This document shows positions 18,335-27,114 of a stretch of DNA of 64,000 nt, in pieces. The translations under genes and the position numbers were made by a program. This stretch comes from Vicinamibacteria bacterium. GTDB taxonomy: Bacteria; Acidobacteriota; Vicinamibacteria; Fen-336. A model generated the notes under the pieces. The model saw only the letters and a list, made by a program, of their open reading frames with translations. It had not been told where the DNA came from and ran no database searches. How positions within the stretch are numbered: position 1 is the first letter of the stretch; each line of letters opens with the position of its first letter. The DNA is taken from the NCBI GenBank assembly GCA_035570235.1, contig DATMML010000001.1, forward strand, positions 799-64,798, read 5' to 3'.

Positions 18335-20029
18335 ATGAGCCATTGGGCTCTGGACCTCGGCACGACCAACACCGGCCTCGCGCGATGGGACGAGGCGAGC
18401 GGCCAGCCGCAGCTCGTGGAGTTGCCCGGGATCTGCCGGAAGCCTCGGGGCGATGATCGGCTGGAAGCGCCCCTTCTCGTTCCTTCGGTCGTAGAGATCC
18501 TGCCCCCGTCCTCGCTCTTCGACCGCCTGGGGACTTGGCCGCCCCTGGAGCGCCACCTGCTCCTCGGGCGCACGGCGCTCATCGGTCGACCGGCGCTCGA
18601 GCGGAACCAGGGCATTGCCGATCCCGCATTCGTGCCGGGGTTCAAGGCCGCCTTGTCCTCTGAGCCGCTCCGCCCCCTGGCGCGAGCGGGACACCGGGTC
18701 ATCACCGCTCACGTAGCCGCGCGCGCTTTCCTGCGGGAGCTGCTGGCGGAGGTGAAGCGGGAAACCGGGCGCCGCATCCGGGACCTCGTGGTCACGATGC
18801 CTGTCGACGCCTATGAAGGCTACCGCGCGCACCTCGAGGAAATCCTGCGGGCGGTCGGCGTGCGACGACTGCGCTTCTTGGACGAGCCGCTCGCCGCCGC
18901 CCTGGGCTACGGTCTCCGGCTGGCCGCCGAGCGCACCGTGCTGGTGGTCGACATCGGCGGCGGAACCATGAACGTCGCCCTGGTGCGCCTGGAGGCGGCC
19001 CGGATGGAGCAGGGAAGGGCCGAGGTCCTGGCCAAGCAGGGCCTAACGTGCGGCGGCAACACGGTCGACAGCTGGATCCTGGAGCTCGTCGGGCGCCGCA
19101 TGGGCTTTGCGCTGGAAGAGCTGTCCGATGAGGAGGAGATGCGACTGTGGCGCCGGCTGATGCTGGCCGAGGCCTGCCGGGTCAAGGAGGCCGTGTTCGT
19201 GGAGCCGTCGGCGGAGTTCCTGCTCACGCCCCCGGGTCTGAGCCGCCGCCTCCGACCCGGTGCGCCCGGGGTCCGGCCCGCTCAGTTCACGCGTGACGAC
19301 CTCGTCCAGGTCCTTCGGGAAAACGGTTTCTACACGGCCTTGTCCGGCAGCATCGAGCGCGTGCTTGCCGAAGCACCCTCCGGACCCCTCCCCGTCGAGG
19401 CCGTACAGGACATCCTTGTCGTGGGCGGATCCACGCTTCTGCCCGGTGTCTTCCCCATCCTGGAGGAGCGCTTCGGACGCCATCGCGTCCGGGCCTGGCA
19501 GCCGTTCGAGGCGGTCGCCTTCGGGGCGGCGTCCTTCGCGGCCGACAAGTACAGCCAGCTCGATTTCATCGTGCACGACTATGCCTTTCTCACCCACGAC
19601 GCGCGCACTCATGAGCCCGTCTACACAGTGGTCGTCCCTCGTGGGACGCCGTTCCCCACCCCCCTCGACCTCTGGAAGGGACAGCTGGTCCCCACGTGCT
19701 CCCTGGGTGCGCCGGAGACCCTCTTCAGGCTCGTGGTGTGCGAGATCGGCCGCGCCGATGGAAGCGGTCGGCGCTTCGGGTGGGACGCCGCGGGTGACCT
19801 CTACAAGGTCGGCGGCGAGGCGGGCTCCGACGGTAGAGTGGTCGTGCCCCTGAATGAGGCGAGCCCTACTCTCGGCCACCTGGATCCCCCCCATTCTCCT
19901 CGCGACCACCGGCCGAGGCTCGAGATTTCCTTTGGCGTCGACGCGGACCGGTGGCTGGTGGCGTCCGTTCTCGACCTCCAGACGCGACGTCTTCTACTGG
20001 ACGCTCAGCCCGTCGTGCGACTGCTTTAG
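18335..20029 (+). CDS. Hsp70-family (actin-like ATPase) protein, non-canonical DnaK paralog with a short C-terminal substrate-binding region
   Basis: Phosphate-1 is ALDLGTTNTGLA, phosphate-2 is VVDIGGGTMNVALV and the adenosine motif is ILVVGGSTLLPGV. Only about 160 aa follow the nucleotide-binding domain. Confidence 0.8.
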   Translation: MSHWALDLGTTNTGLARWDEASGQPQLVELPGICRKPRGDDRLEAPLLVPSVVEILPPSSLFDRLGTWPPLERHLLLGRTALIGRPALERNQGIADPAFVPGFKAALSSEPLRPLARAGHRVITAHVAARAFLRELLAEVKRETGRRIRDLVVTMPVDAYEGYRAHLEEILRAVGVRRLRFLDEPLAAALGYGLRLAAERTVLVVDIGGGTMNVALVRLEAARMEQGRAEVLAKQGLTCGGNTVDSWILELVGRRMGFALEELSDEEEMRLWRRLMLAEACRVKEAVFVEPSAEFLLTPPGLSRRLRPGAPGVRPAQFTRDDLVQVLRENGFYTALSGSIERVLAEAPSGPLPVEAVQDILVVGGSTLLPGVFPILEERFGRHRVRAWQPFEAVAFGAASFAADKYSQLDFIVHDYAFLTHDARTHEPVYTVVVPRGTPFPTPLDLWKGQLVPTCSLGAPETLFRLVVCEIGRADGSGRRFGWDAAGDLYKVGGEAGSDGRVVVPLNEASPTLGHLDPPHSPRDHRPRLEISFGVDADRWLVASVLDLQTRRLLLDAQPVVRLL

Positions 20030-20035
20030 GGGACC

Positions 20036-21394
20036 GTGATCAATCTCTTTGTCCTCCTGAAAAACCTTCTCTCCATCCTGTTCCAGCCTACTACAGGGGG
20101 CTGGGAGGACCCGTCCAGCTTCCAGTGGTTCGCCGCCGAACTCGAACAAGTGTCCCGCGAGTTGGGGATCGAATTCGCGCCGCGCTCACGCTCGTCCCCA
20201 TCTGCCTCCGGAACGAGCGGTGATCTCTCTGTTCGTGTCCAGCTGGAGTGGCGGAGCACAGCGGAACTCCTTCCCCACCGGTCCCTGCTGTGCTTCTTCA
20301 TCGGCGGGCCCCGAATCCCCCAGGGGCTCGCCTTCGCGGCGCAAGGCGGGTCGGGCGACGACGTGCTCACCGGCGACACGGCCTTCGACGATATGGTCGA
20401 GGTGCGGGGGGAGCCCAGCATCCTCCTGGCCTTGCTGGACAGGGAGATCCGCCAGAGGGTGGGTGCGTTTGTCCGCGGCCGTGGCCGCCTGGAGGCTGGT
20501 CAGTTGTCGTGCTGTGCCCCCACCGACTATTCGCAGGGGGCGATCGTGCGCGCACTGCGCCTGGGTCTGTGGCTGGCGCGCGCGCTATCCGCGCCGGGCG
20601 GCGGGGTCTGTGAGCGTCTCGCGCGCAATGCAAAGTTGGATCCCCACCCAGGGGTGCGCCTCTTGAGCCTGTCCCAGTTGCTGGAGCAGTTCCCGGAGAC
20701 GGCCGAGGCACGCGAGGCCAGCCAGGAGGATCTGAAGGATCCTAGCCCTTGGGTAAGGCTTGCCGCGGCTCGCTTCCTCAAGGAGGACGGCCTGGCTGTC
20801 CTTGAGCACCTCGCTCAGGACCGCTCCATCCCCGAGAGCGCTGCCGCGGAAGCTCTGGCGCTGCTCGCGGCCCGCTATCCCGCCGCACGGGCGGGCCCTT
20901 TGCTCGTGACAGCGCTGAAGACACACTCGGGCGAGGCGCGGCGACAAGCGGTGGAGGAACTCGGTCGCATCCGTTTTGGGCTGGCCCGGGGCCCCCTGAT
21001 GGTGCTCCTTGAGCACGCTGATCCGCGGACCAGCGCCGCCGCCGCCGCCGCGCTGGGCGCTTACGGCGACGTCTCCGTCGAGCCAGCACTGTTGAAGGCG
21101 ATGGAGAGCGACGCCCGAGAGCTCAGGCTGGCAGCGGTCCGAGCGCTGGGAACGGTGGGCAGTGCGGGGTCGGTCGAGCCCCTTCTCGCCTTCTTGGCGA
21201 GCCGGCGTCTTGATGTGGAGACCCGCCTAATGATTCGGAATGCAATCGGAGCCATCCAGTCGCGGCTCGCCGGGGCCGCGGCCGGTCAGCTCTCGCTCGC
21301 GGCCACGCCGCCCGGGGGTGGATGGCTCAGCGTGGCCCCGCCGGGCCCGGGGCCCGGGCAGCTGTCGCTGGTCTCTTATCGGAAGCAGGGCTGA
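20036..21394 (+). CDS. HEAT/PBS-lyase-type repeat protein
   Basis: The C-terminal half is made of repeated units of the form xxAxxALGxxGxxxAxxxL (ARRQAVEELGRI, RTSAAAAAALGAYGD, RLAAVRALGTVGSAGSVEPLLAFL). It lies 6 nt downstream of the Hsp70-like gene. The N-terminal 25 codons are unusually AT-rich. Confidence 0.7.
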   Translation: MINLFVLLKNLLSILFQPTTGGWEDPSSFQWFAAELEQVSRELGIEFAPRSRSSPSASGTSGDLSVRVQLEWRSTAELLPHRSLLCFFIGGPRIPQGLAFAAQGGSGDDVLTGDTAFDDMVEVRGEPSILLALLDREIRQRVGAFVRGRGRLEAGQLSCCAPTDYSQGAIVRALRLGLWLARALSAPGGGVCERLARNAKLDPHPGVRLLSLSQLLEQFPETAEAREASQEDLKDPSPWVRLAAARFLKEDGLAVLEHLAQDRSIPESAAAEALALLAARYPAARAGPLLVTALKTHSGEARRQAVEELGRIRFGLARGPLMVLLEHADPRTSAAAAAALGAYGDVSVEPALLKAMESDARELRLAAVRALGTVGSAGSVEPLLAFLASRRLDVETRLMIRNAIGAIQSRLAGAAAGQLSLAATPPGGGWLSVAPPGPGPGQLSLVSYRKQG

Positions 21395-21522
21395 GCACGG
21401 AGGGGGTCCCCTTGAGGGTGATCGGTCTGCGCGATAGGGTTGGAGCCAATACCGACGGAGATCTCTTCCGCGGCAGTGAAGGGCGGTCGACCCGCAGAAA
21501 TAGAGCGTCCTAGACGCTTTCA

Positions 21523-21996
21523 ATGACAGACCAAAGCAACGTACCAACCCAGACCAAACCAGCCAATCGATGGGCTCGTCCGCTGGCTCTAACGGCAGCG
21601 GTGGTCTTCTGCATATCGGCCGTGTTTCCGGTGGGCGCCGGCCTTTCGCAGAATACGGCGCTCTTCCCAAAATGGTGGGGAATTCTCGACGTCGTGGTGG
21701 CCTTTGTTCTTGCCGCTCTCACGATCGTGATCGTCGCCCTGGCCGAAGGGAAGGTGGGCAGGCAAGCGCAAGACGCCAGTTACCGCGCCTATCGGGCTCT
21801 GTCGCACGGGATCCTGGTCTTGATTGTGGTGTTCTTTCTGTTCGGCGATCGAATCGTCTGGATCAATTGTCTGCCCGGCTTTGCCTGGCGGTCCTGGGTT
21901 CTGCTCTATGGCCTACCAGCGTGGTTCACAGCGCTGAGAGGTGGAGCGGCGGAGGAGAGTGACTTGGCGCGCGGTCCCACAACCGGATCGCGCTGA
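21523..21996 (+). CDS. hypothetical integral membrane protein
   Basis: The 157-aa protein has 4 predicted hydrophobic helices (LALTAAVVFCISAVFPVGAGL, ILDVVVAFVLAALTIVIVALA, ILVLIVVFFLF, WVLLYGLPAWFTAL). It has no family signature. Confidence 0.5.
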   Translation: MTDQSNVPTQTKPANRWARPLALTAAVVFCISAVFPVGAGLSQNTALFPKWWGILDVVVAFVLAALTIVIVALAEGKVGRQAQDASYRAYRALSHGILVLIVVFFLFGDRIVWINCLPGFAWRSWVLLYGLPAWFTALRGGAAEESDLARGPTTGSR

Positions 21997-22072
21997 CCCG
22001 GCGCACTCGGACCACAGCCAAAGACGACCAGCAGGCCCCGGGGTCAACGTCACCCCCGGGGGAGACGGATCG

Positions 22073-22621
22073 TCACCACCCCTGACGAGCACGAAGGCCG
22101 GCGATGTGCGCAGTGTGGTGAATACCGTGCCAGGCGTAGAGCTGAATTGCTTTGTCGATCGTCATGAGGCCCCGTTGGGGATGGGTGAAGGCGCGGTCAA
22201 ACTGCCGCTCGGAGAGAGACGCCAAGAGAATCGTCCAGCGTTGGTGGAGAGCCGTCAGGAGCCGAACCGAGACTTCCACGGGGGCGTCACGGCCGTCCGC
22301 GGTTTCGGCCCAGAGAGTCTCCTCGTACGTCTTGATCGGCGGCAGGTCTTCGGTGAGCGCGAGCTTGAACCGCACGAAGCCGTTCATGTGGGCATCGGCG
22401 AGGTGATGGACCACCTGTCGGGGAGTCCAGCCGCCCTCTCGATAGGGGGTCCCTAGCTGCCTATCGTCGAGCCCGCTGAGGGCAGCCGCGAGGCCCGCCG
22501 GCATCTCCGCCATCTGCTGAAGCCAGCGCGCGCGTTTGGATGTGGTGACCTCGGGGTCGAGCCCAAAGTCACCCACTGGATACCGGACCTTGTCGGGTTG
22601 GTCTACAACCGGATCAAGCAT
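22073..22621 (-). CDS. DinB/YfiT-family putative metal-dependent hydrolase or thiol transferase
   Basis: I trimmed to the internal ATG at 22621, which follows GGGGAGGCAGGAGC. A conserved His triad is spread over VVHHLADAHMNGFVRF ... WHGIHHTAHI, typical of the DinB_2 fold. Confidence 0.7.
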   Translation of the reverse strand: MLDPVVDQPDKVRYPVGDFGLDPEVTTSKRARWLQQMAEMPAGLAAALSGLDDRQLGTPYREGGWTPRQVVHHLADAHMNGFVRFKLALTEDLPPIKTYEETLWAETADGRDAPVEVSVRLLTALHQRWTILLASLSERQFDRAFTHPQRGLMTIDKAIQLYAWHGIHHTAHIAGLRARQGW

Positions 22622-22806
22622 GCTCCTGCCTCCCCTTACTCGCTCCATAAGAACTCTACGCATGAGGGTGCTGGCTGACCATCCGGATCTTGTGGTGGAA
22701 TTCAGTGCGCCCTGGGGCCGCCTGGATGGCGACCTGGAAGCGCGGGAGCGAAGTCGCTGAAAACGCCAGCTGTCGGAGGCAGCCCTACCGGTGGCGGGGG
22801 AGTGCG

Positions 22807-23184
22807 ATGAAGAAGACTCGGTCTCGGAGCGGCAAGCCGAGGAAGACTCCGATGGGCGCAAGTGAGCCGAACCCAAAGTTCGCGGCCGTCGTACGGGAGT
22901 TCAGCGGCGAGCGGCGGGTCGTCTACGGTGGAAAAGGGTTCGGCTCCTCCGCGCTCAAGCTCGACGGGAGGATCTTCGCCATGTTGAGCTCCAAGGGCGG
23001 TTTCGTGGTCAAGCTTCCGCGAGAGCGCGTCGATGAGCTCGTGGGGCGCGGGCACGGCCAATACTTCGACCCCGGCCGTGGCCGGTTGATGAAGGAGTGG
23101 CTAGCGGTGAGCAGCCGATCGATCTCTTGGCTCGAGCTCGCGAGAGAAGCGTATGGGTTCGCCCGCCAGGCCAAGGGCCGGTGA
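22807..23184 (+). CDS. TfoX N-terminal-domain-like small protein
   Basis: I placed the start at the ATG at 22807 (MKKTRSRSGKPRK). The core reads YGGKGFGSSALKLDGRIFAMLSSKGGFVVKLPRERVDEL, which matches the TfoX_N pattern (G...L..DGK.FA.l....l.lK). Confidence 0.55.
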   Translation: MKKTRSRSGKPRKTPMGASEPNPKFAAVVREFSGERRVVYGGKGFGSSALKLDGRIFAMLSSKGGFVVKLPRERVDELVGRGHGQYFDPGRGRLMKEWLAVSSRSISWLELAREAYGFARQAKGR

Positions 23185-23308
23185 CTCCGAGAACCCGCGT
23201 CGCGGCGGCGGGGACGCCGGCCCCGCAACTCCGGAATGACGCCGGGGACGGCGGCCACGGGAGCGCCGGCTCTCGGGCCCCAGACTGCTAAGCCGGCAGG
23301 GGAGTCAG

Positions 23309-23818
23309 GTGTTCAAGCTGCGCTTTCCTCCTTCCGAGCTCCCCCGGTGGGCGAAGGGGTACGCGTACGTGCAGGGGGACAAGGCGGTCGACGAGCTGTC
23401 ACGACGTGCGCGCGCCCGTGGCTATCTCACGCGGACGGAATTCCTCGAGCTGTGTCATTGGAAGACGCCCCGCTCCCAGCCCCGTTGCGCGACCAACACC
23501 GCCGCGGAGATCCGAGAAGCGACCGAGATCGCGCTCGCGACCGTGGATGAGCGGGCCAAGATGTACGTCCTGCGCAGCCTCGCCGGGGTCGGGTGGCCGA
23601 CCGCGTCGGTCATCCTCCACTTCTGCGATCGGCGCCCCTACCCGATCCTCGACTACCGAGCATTGTGGTCGCTCGGCTTCCGCCGTCCCCCTTCCTACAC
23701 GTTTGATTTCTGGTGGGCCTACACGGAGTTCGCGCGCAGGCTCGCGCGCTCGGCGGGTCTCGACATGAGAACGCTTGATCGGGCGCTCTGGCGCTTCTCC
23801 AAGGAGCGCCAAGGATAG
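23309..23818 (+). CDS. hypothetical protein with an HhH-GPD-like motif (minimal DNA-glycosylase-like fold)
   Basis: LRSLAGVGWPTASVILHF is a helix-hairpin-helix of the LxxLPGVGxxTAxxIL type. The Pro-rich loop plus Asp that follows (RRPYPILDYRAL) resembles the GPD segment of EndoIII/AlkA-type enzymes. At 169 aa it is much shorter than known glycosylases. The start is a GTG after GGGGAGTCAG. Confidence 0.5.
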   Translation: MFKLRFPPSELPRWAKGYAYVQGDKAVDELSRRARARGYLTRTEFLELCHWKTPRSQPRCATNTAAEIREATEIALATVDERAKMYVLRSLAGVGWPTASVILHFCDRRPYPILDYRALWSLGFRRPPSYTFDFWWAYTEFARRLARSAGLDMRTLDRALWRFSKERQG

Positions 23819-23852
23819 GGGCGGCCCGCCCGCGGGGCGTCCGCCCGTGCAT

Positions 23853-24863
23853 TCACGGTTCCTCCAAGCGGAGGCCCTCGCAGCCGCCGAAGAGAAGGGG
23901 TCGGGCGGGCTCCGCCTCGAGCACGAGGACCGCGAGGGTGCCCGGGTGAGCGGCGCAGTAGCGTTCGGCCAGACCCGGGCCGCCCACCAGGAAGGCCGTC
24001 GAAAGGGCATCCGCATCGGCCGCCGAAGGCGCGGCCGCGGAGGCGCTCAGCACCCCCGACACCGGCCATCCCGTGCGGGGATCGAGCACATGGCCATAGC
24101 GTCGCCCCCCGGTCTCGAAATACTGCTCTCCGGCCCCGCTCGTTCCAAGGGCAGCCTCCTGGATACGGAGGCGCGCGATGACTGCGGTCGTGAGCGGGGA
24201 GCGGACATTCACGCGAAACCCTGGCCCGCCGCCAAAGGCGAGCACGCTGCTACCCCCGGCGGAGAGGAGGGCGCGGGGCACGCCGCGCGCCCGGAGCCGC
24301 TCCACCATGCGATCGAGCGCGTAGCCTTTGCCGATGCCCCCGAAGTTCAGGGACATGCCCGACAGCGGGAAGCGCACCGTCCGCTCCTCCGGATTGAGCT
24401 CGACCTTGTCGAGGCCCACCAGAGACAGGGCGGCCGCGATGTCCTCCGCGCCCGGCAACCGCCCCGCCCGGGCCAGGAAACCCCAGGTGCGACTCAACGG
24501 GGTCGAGGTGGGGTCGAACGCGCCTTCCACGTCCGCGTGCAGTCCTTGGCACCGCCGGAGCAGGGTGAAGAGGGTCTGGCTGACGGCGACGGGACCGACG
24601 GCCCCCTCACGGTTCACCCGCATCACCTCGCTGGACTCGCGGAAGACACTGAGGGCGTCTTCGATGCGGTCTGCCTCGTCGAGGGCTTGGCGAGCGGCGG
24701 CTACGTGGGCGGCGTCCTCCTCGGCGAGCATGATCTCGAACCGGCAGGCCATGGCCTGCCGATGCACGCGGACCCAGTGGCCGGCCTCCTCCCCTCCCTG
24801 GCGGCGGGGAAGAGTGAAGAGCTCGCGGCGGGTCAGGGGCCCCAGGGGCCGGGAGGTCGTCAT
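23853..24863 (-). CDS. apbE: FAD:protein FMN transferase (ApbE family)
   Basis: I trimmed to the ATG at 24863 (MTTSRPLGPLTRRELFTL). ApbE motifs are present: GGIGKGYALDRMV and YGHVLDPRTGWPV. Confidence 0.8.
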   Translation of the reverse strand: MTTSRPLGPLTRRELFTLPRRQGGEEAGHWVRVHRQAMACRFEIMLAEEDAAHVAAARQALDEADRIEDALSVFRESSEVMRVNREGAVGPVAVSQTLFTLLRRCQGLHADVEGAFDPTSTPLSRTWGFLARAGRLPGAEDIAAALSLVGLDKVELNPEERTVRFPLSGMSLNFGGIGKGYALDRMVERLRARGVPRALLSAGGSSVLAFGGGPGFRVNVRSPLTTAVIARLRIQEAALGTSGAGEQYFETGGRRYGHVLDPRTGWPVSGVLSASAAAPSAADADALSTAFLVGGPGLAERYCAAHPGTLAVLVLEAEPARPLLFGGCEGLRLEEP

Positions 24864-24870
24864 CCGTGAC

Positions 24871-26022
24871 TCACTCGAAGGGGACGCCGGTCTGGCGGGA
24901 GACCTCGCACAGGTCCTTGACCACCGCGGGCAGGAGGGGGATCCCACCCCGTGCGCGCTCCTCTTCGGCCTCGCGTTCGGGATCGCCGGGAATGAGAGGC
25001 CCCTTCGTACCGGGTGCGGGCCGGGTATTCCTCAGGGTGCGGACGAAGTCGTCGATTTGGGCCCGGAACTCCGATCCGTCACGGAAGGCATCCACGCGCA
25101 TGGCCCCGAAGAAATGGCCGAGGCCCTGGCCGACGCTGCGGAGGGGAGGGTCACCGCGCAGGGTGAAAGAGGGAGTGAAGGGGCCCCAGTTGGCCCCGGA
25201 GAGAACCGCGGAGAGGACGTCCACCATCAGGGCCAGACAATAGCCCTTGTGGCCGCCGCGTTCGCGGTCGGACCCCAGGGGGAGAAGGGACCCGCCCGCC
25301 AGGATGGCCCCAGGGTCGGTGGTGGCCTGGCCATTGCGGTCCACTGCCCAACCCTCGGGTATGGGAGCCCCCTCCCGCTGGGCCATCTCGATCTTGCCGT
25401 AGGCCACCGCGGAGGTGGCCATGTCGATCACGATCGGGGGCTCCTTTTCCGCGGGGAAGGCGATGGCGATGGGGTTGGTGCCCAGCATGCGCTCCGCCCC
25501 CCAGAGCGGCGCCACCCCCCGCGAGGAGTTCGTCATGGCCCAGCCGATCATGCCCCTCTCCAGGGCCCGCAGAGGGTAATAGCCGGCGATGCCGAAATGG
25601 TTGCTGTTGCGGACGACCGCCCAGCCCGTGCCCGCCCGCTCGGCCTTCTCCATGGCGATCTCGTTGACCTTGGGCCCCACCACCAGGCCAAGACCGTTGT
25701 CGCCGTCCACGGTGGCCGTGCTCGCCGTCTCCCGGACCAGCCGCAGGACCGGCCGGGGGTTGATCTTTCCCGCCGCCAGGAGCTCGGCGTAGCTGCGCAG
25801 GCGAGCGACACCGTGCGAATCGACGCCGCGGCTATCCGCGCAGGCGAGGACGTCGGCCGCGATCCGAGCCTCCGCCTCCGGCACGCCCAAGCGGGAGAAG
25901 ACGCGGATGCTGAACTCGCGCAAGCGCGGGGCGGGAAAGAAGCGAACCTCGACCTCGCGGCCGGCCTTGCGCCTCTGGGGGTGGGAGGAGGGGGCCGGTC
26001 TCGCTCGGCGGGATCCGCTCAT
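24871..26022 (-). CDS. Ldh_2 family (malate/L-lactate/ureidoglycolate-type) NAD(P)H-dependent oxidoreductase
   Basis: Family motifs are present: CADSRGVDSHGVARL, NHFGIAGYY and GGHKGYCLALMVDVLSAVLSGA. I placed the start at the ATG at 26022, which overlaps the upstream gene's stop. The first ~35 residues are R/P/S-rich, so the true start could be slightly different. The 208 residues further upstream in the track ORF are artefact. Confidence 0.7.
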   Translation of the reverse strand: MSGSRRARPAPSSHPQRRKAGREVEVRFFPAPRLREFSIRVFSRLGVPEAEARIAADVLACADSRGVDSHGVARLRSYAELLAAGKINPRPVLRLVRETASTATVDGDNGLGLVVGPKVNEIAMEKAERAGTGWAVVRNSNHFGIAGYYPLRALERGMIGWAMTNSSRGVAPLWGAERMLGTNPIAIAFPAEKEPPIVIDMATSAVAYGKIEMAQREGAPIPEGWAVDRNGQATTDPGAILAGGSLLPLGSDRERGGHKGYCLALMVDVLSAVLSGANWGPFTPSFTLRGDPPLRSVGQGLGHFFGAMRVDAFRDGSEFRAQIDDFVRTLRNTRPAPGTKGPLIPGDPEREAEEERARGGIPLLPAVVKDLCEVSRQTGVPFE

Positions 26023-27104
26023 CGACCATCGGGAGGCGGCAGGGCGGTCTGGGCGAATTCCCGCGCCAGGGTCTCGATCTCCGCGGCCGCGAAGGCCCGG
26101 GAGAGAACCACGACCCGATAGCCGAAGAGAGCGGACCCTTGCGGAGGCAGGGTGAAATCGAGTGCTTCCTTGCCGTTGCTGAAGGCCTTCTGGCCGAGGG
26201 GGTTCGCGGCGAAGAGCCCGTAGCCGCGGGCGTGCCAATAGGTTGGCGCGCCGGGGTTTTTGGGATGATCCAGGATGGCCAGGGTCACATCCTCGTTCCC
26301 GATGCGGCCGGACAGGGCCGCCCAGCGTCCCCGCGTCCCCCAGACCGCGTCGCCCTCTTTGCCCTCGCTGCTGTGGTAGAGCCCGGTGACGCCCGTGTTG
26401 TCGAGGCGGGCTACAGTGGTGGTCTGGCCCGAAGAGTCGGTGAAGGTGGCGGGCTCCGTCGAGGGCTGCTCGAGCGGACGCGCCACCCGCAGGCCGAGGA
26501 AGCCCTCCTTGTTGTCGGAAAAGCGGACCGGGCCGTCCTTCGCGGTGAGGAGGGTAATTCGGTCGATGAGGCGCCCGCCCGGCGTCTTGCGGAAGACGAA
26601 CGTTGAGTCCTCGTCGAGGATCACCGCCCCTCCGGGCATGACCCACTCCACCTCGACCCGGAGGCGCCCGTCCCGCTCACCACCCTGGGCGGAGACGACC
26701 CGCCGGTGCCGGGACCGGCCCATGCCCGCTTGGCGGGCGGCGGGCAGCGCGGTCGAGTTGTTCCAGAAATCGACGCCGTTCACGTCCCCGTAACTCAGCC
26801 ACAGACCCACGTGATGGGGGTGGTCGGTCCGCTCCCCCGGCCGCGGCTCGAGGGGAAAGCCGCGGGTCACCGCCGTTCCCCGCTCGGTTCGGATCGGAAA
26901 AAGGACGGGCTTGGTGAGCGATTCCGGCCACACGTAGGAGGTGAAGGCCTGCCCGTCCACGAGGATGTCGACCCGACGCTCGCCCTCCCGGACCACGACG
27001 CTCACCCCCCCCTCCCCGGCCGGGCTCCGCGTGGAGCCGGAAACAAGGGTCAGGGCCGCGATGAGAGCGATGGGAAGACCGAGGGTGCGCCGCTCCGGGG
27101 CCAT
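26019..27104 (-). CDS. PmoA-like / DUF6807 family protein with an N-terminal signal peptide
   Basis: The 361-aa ORF has the signal MAPERRTLGLPIALIAALTLVSGS. This family occurs repeatedly next to Gfo/Idh/MocA oxidoreductases. My assignment rests on overall pattern recognition (HPHHVGLWLSYGDVNGVDFWNN), not on a verified motif. Confidence 0.6.
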   Translation of the reverse strand: MAPERRTLGLPIALIAALTLVSGSTRSPAGEGGVSVVVREGERRVDILVDGQAFTSYVWPESLTKPVLFPIRTERGTAVTRGFPLEPRPGERTDHPHHVGLWLSYGDVNGVDFWNNSTALPAARQAGMGRSRHRRVVSAQGGERDGRLRVEVEWVMPGGAVILDEDSTFVFRKTPGGRLIDRITLLTAKDGPVRFSDNKEGFLGLRVARPLEQPSTEPATFTDSSGQTTTVARLDNTGVTGLYHSSEGKEGDAVWGTRGRWAALSGRIGNEDVTLAILDHPKNPGAPTYWHARGYGLFAANPLGQKAFSNGKEALDFTLPPQGSALFGYRVVVLSRAFAAAEIETLAREFAQTALPPPDGR

Positions 27105-27114
27105 GTCGGTCTCG

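Noticed and set aside
24328-26121. A 597-aa plus-strand ORF across the apbE and Ldh_2 genes.
   Set aside because: It is antisense to two well-supported minus-strand genes, and its product is low-complexity.
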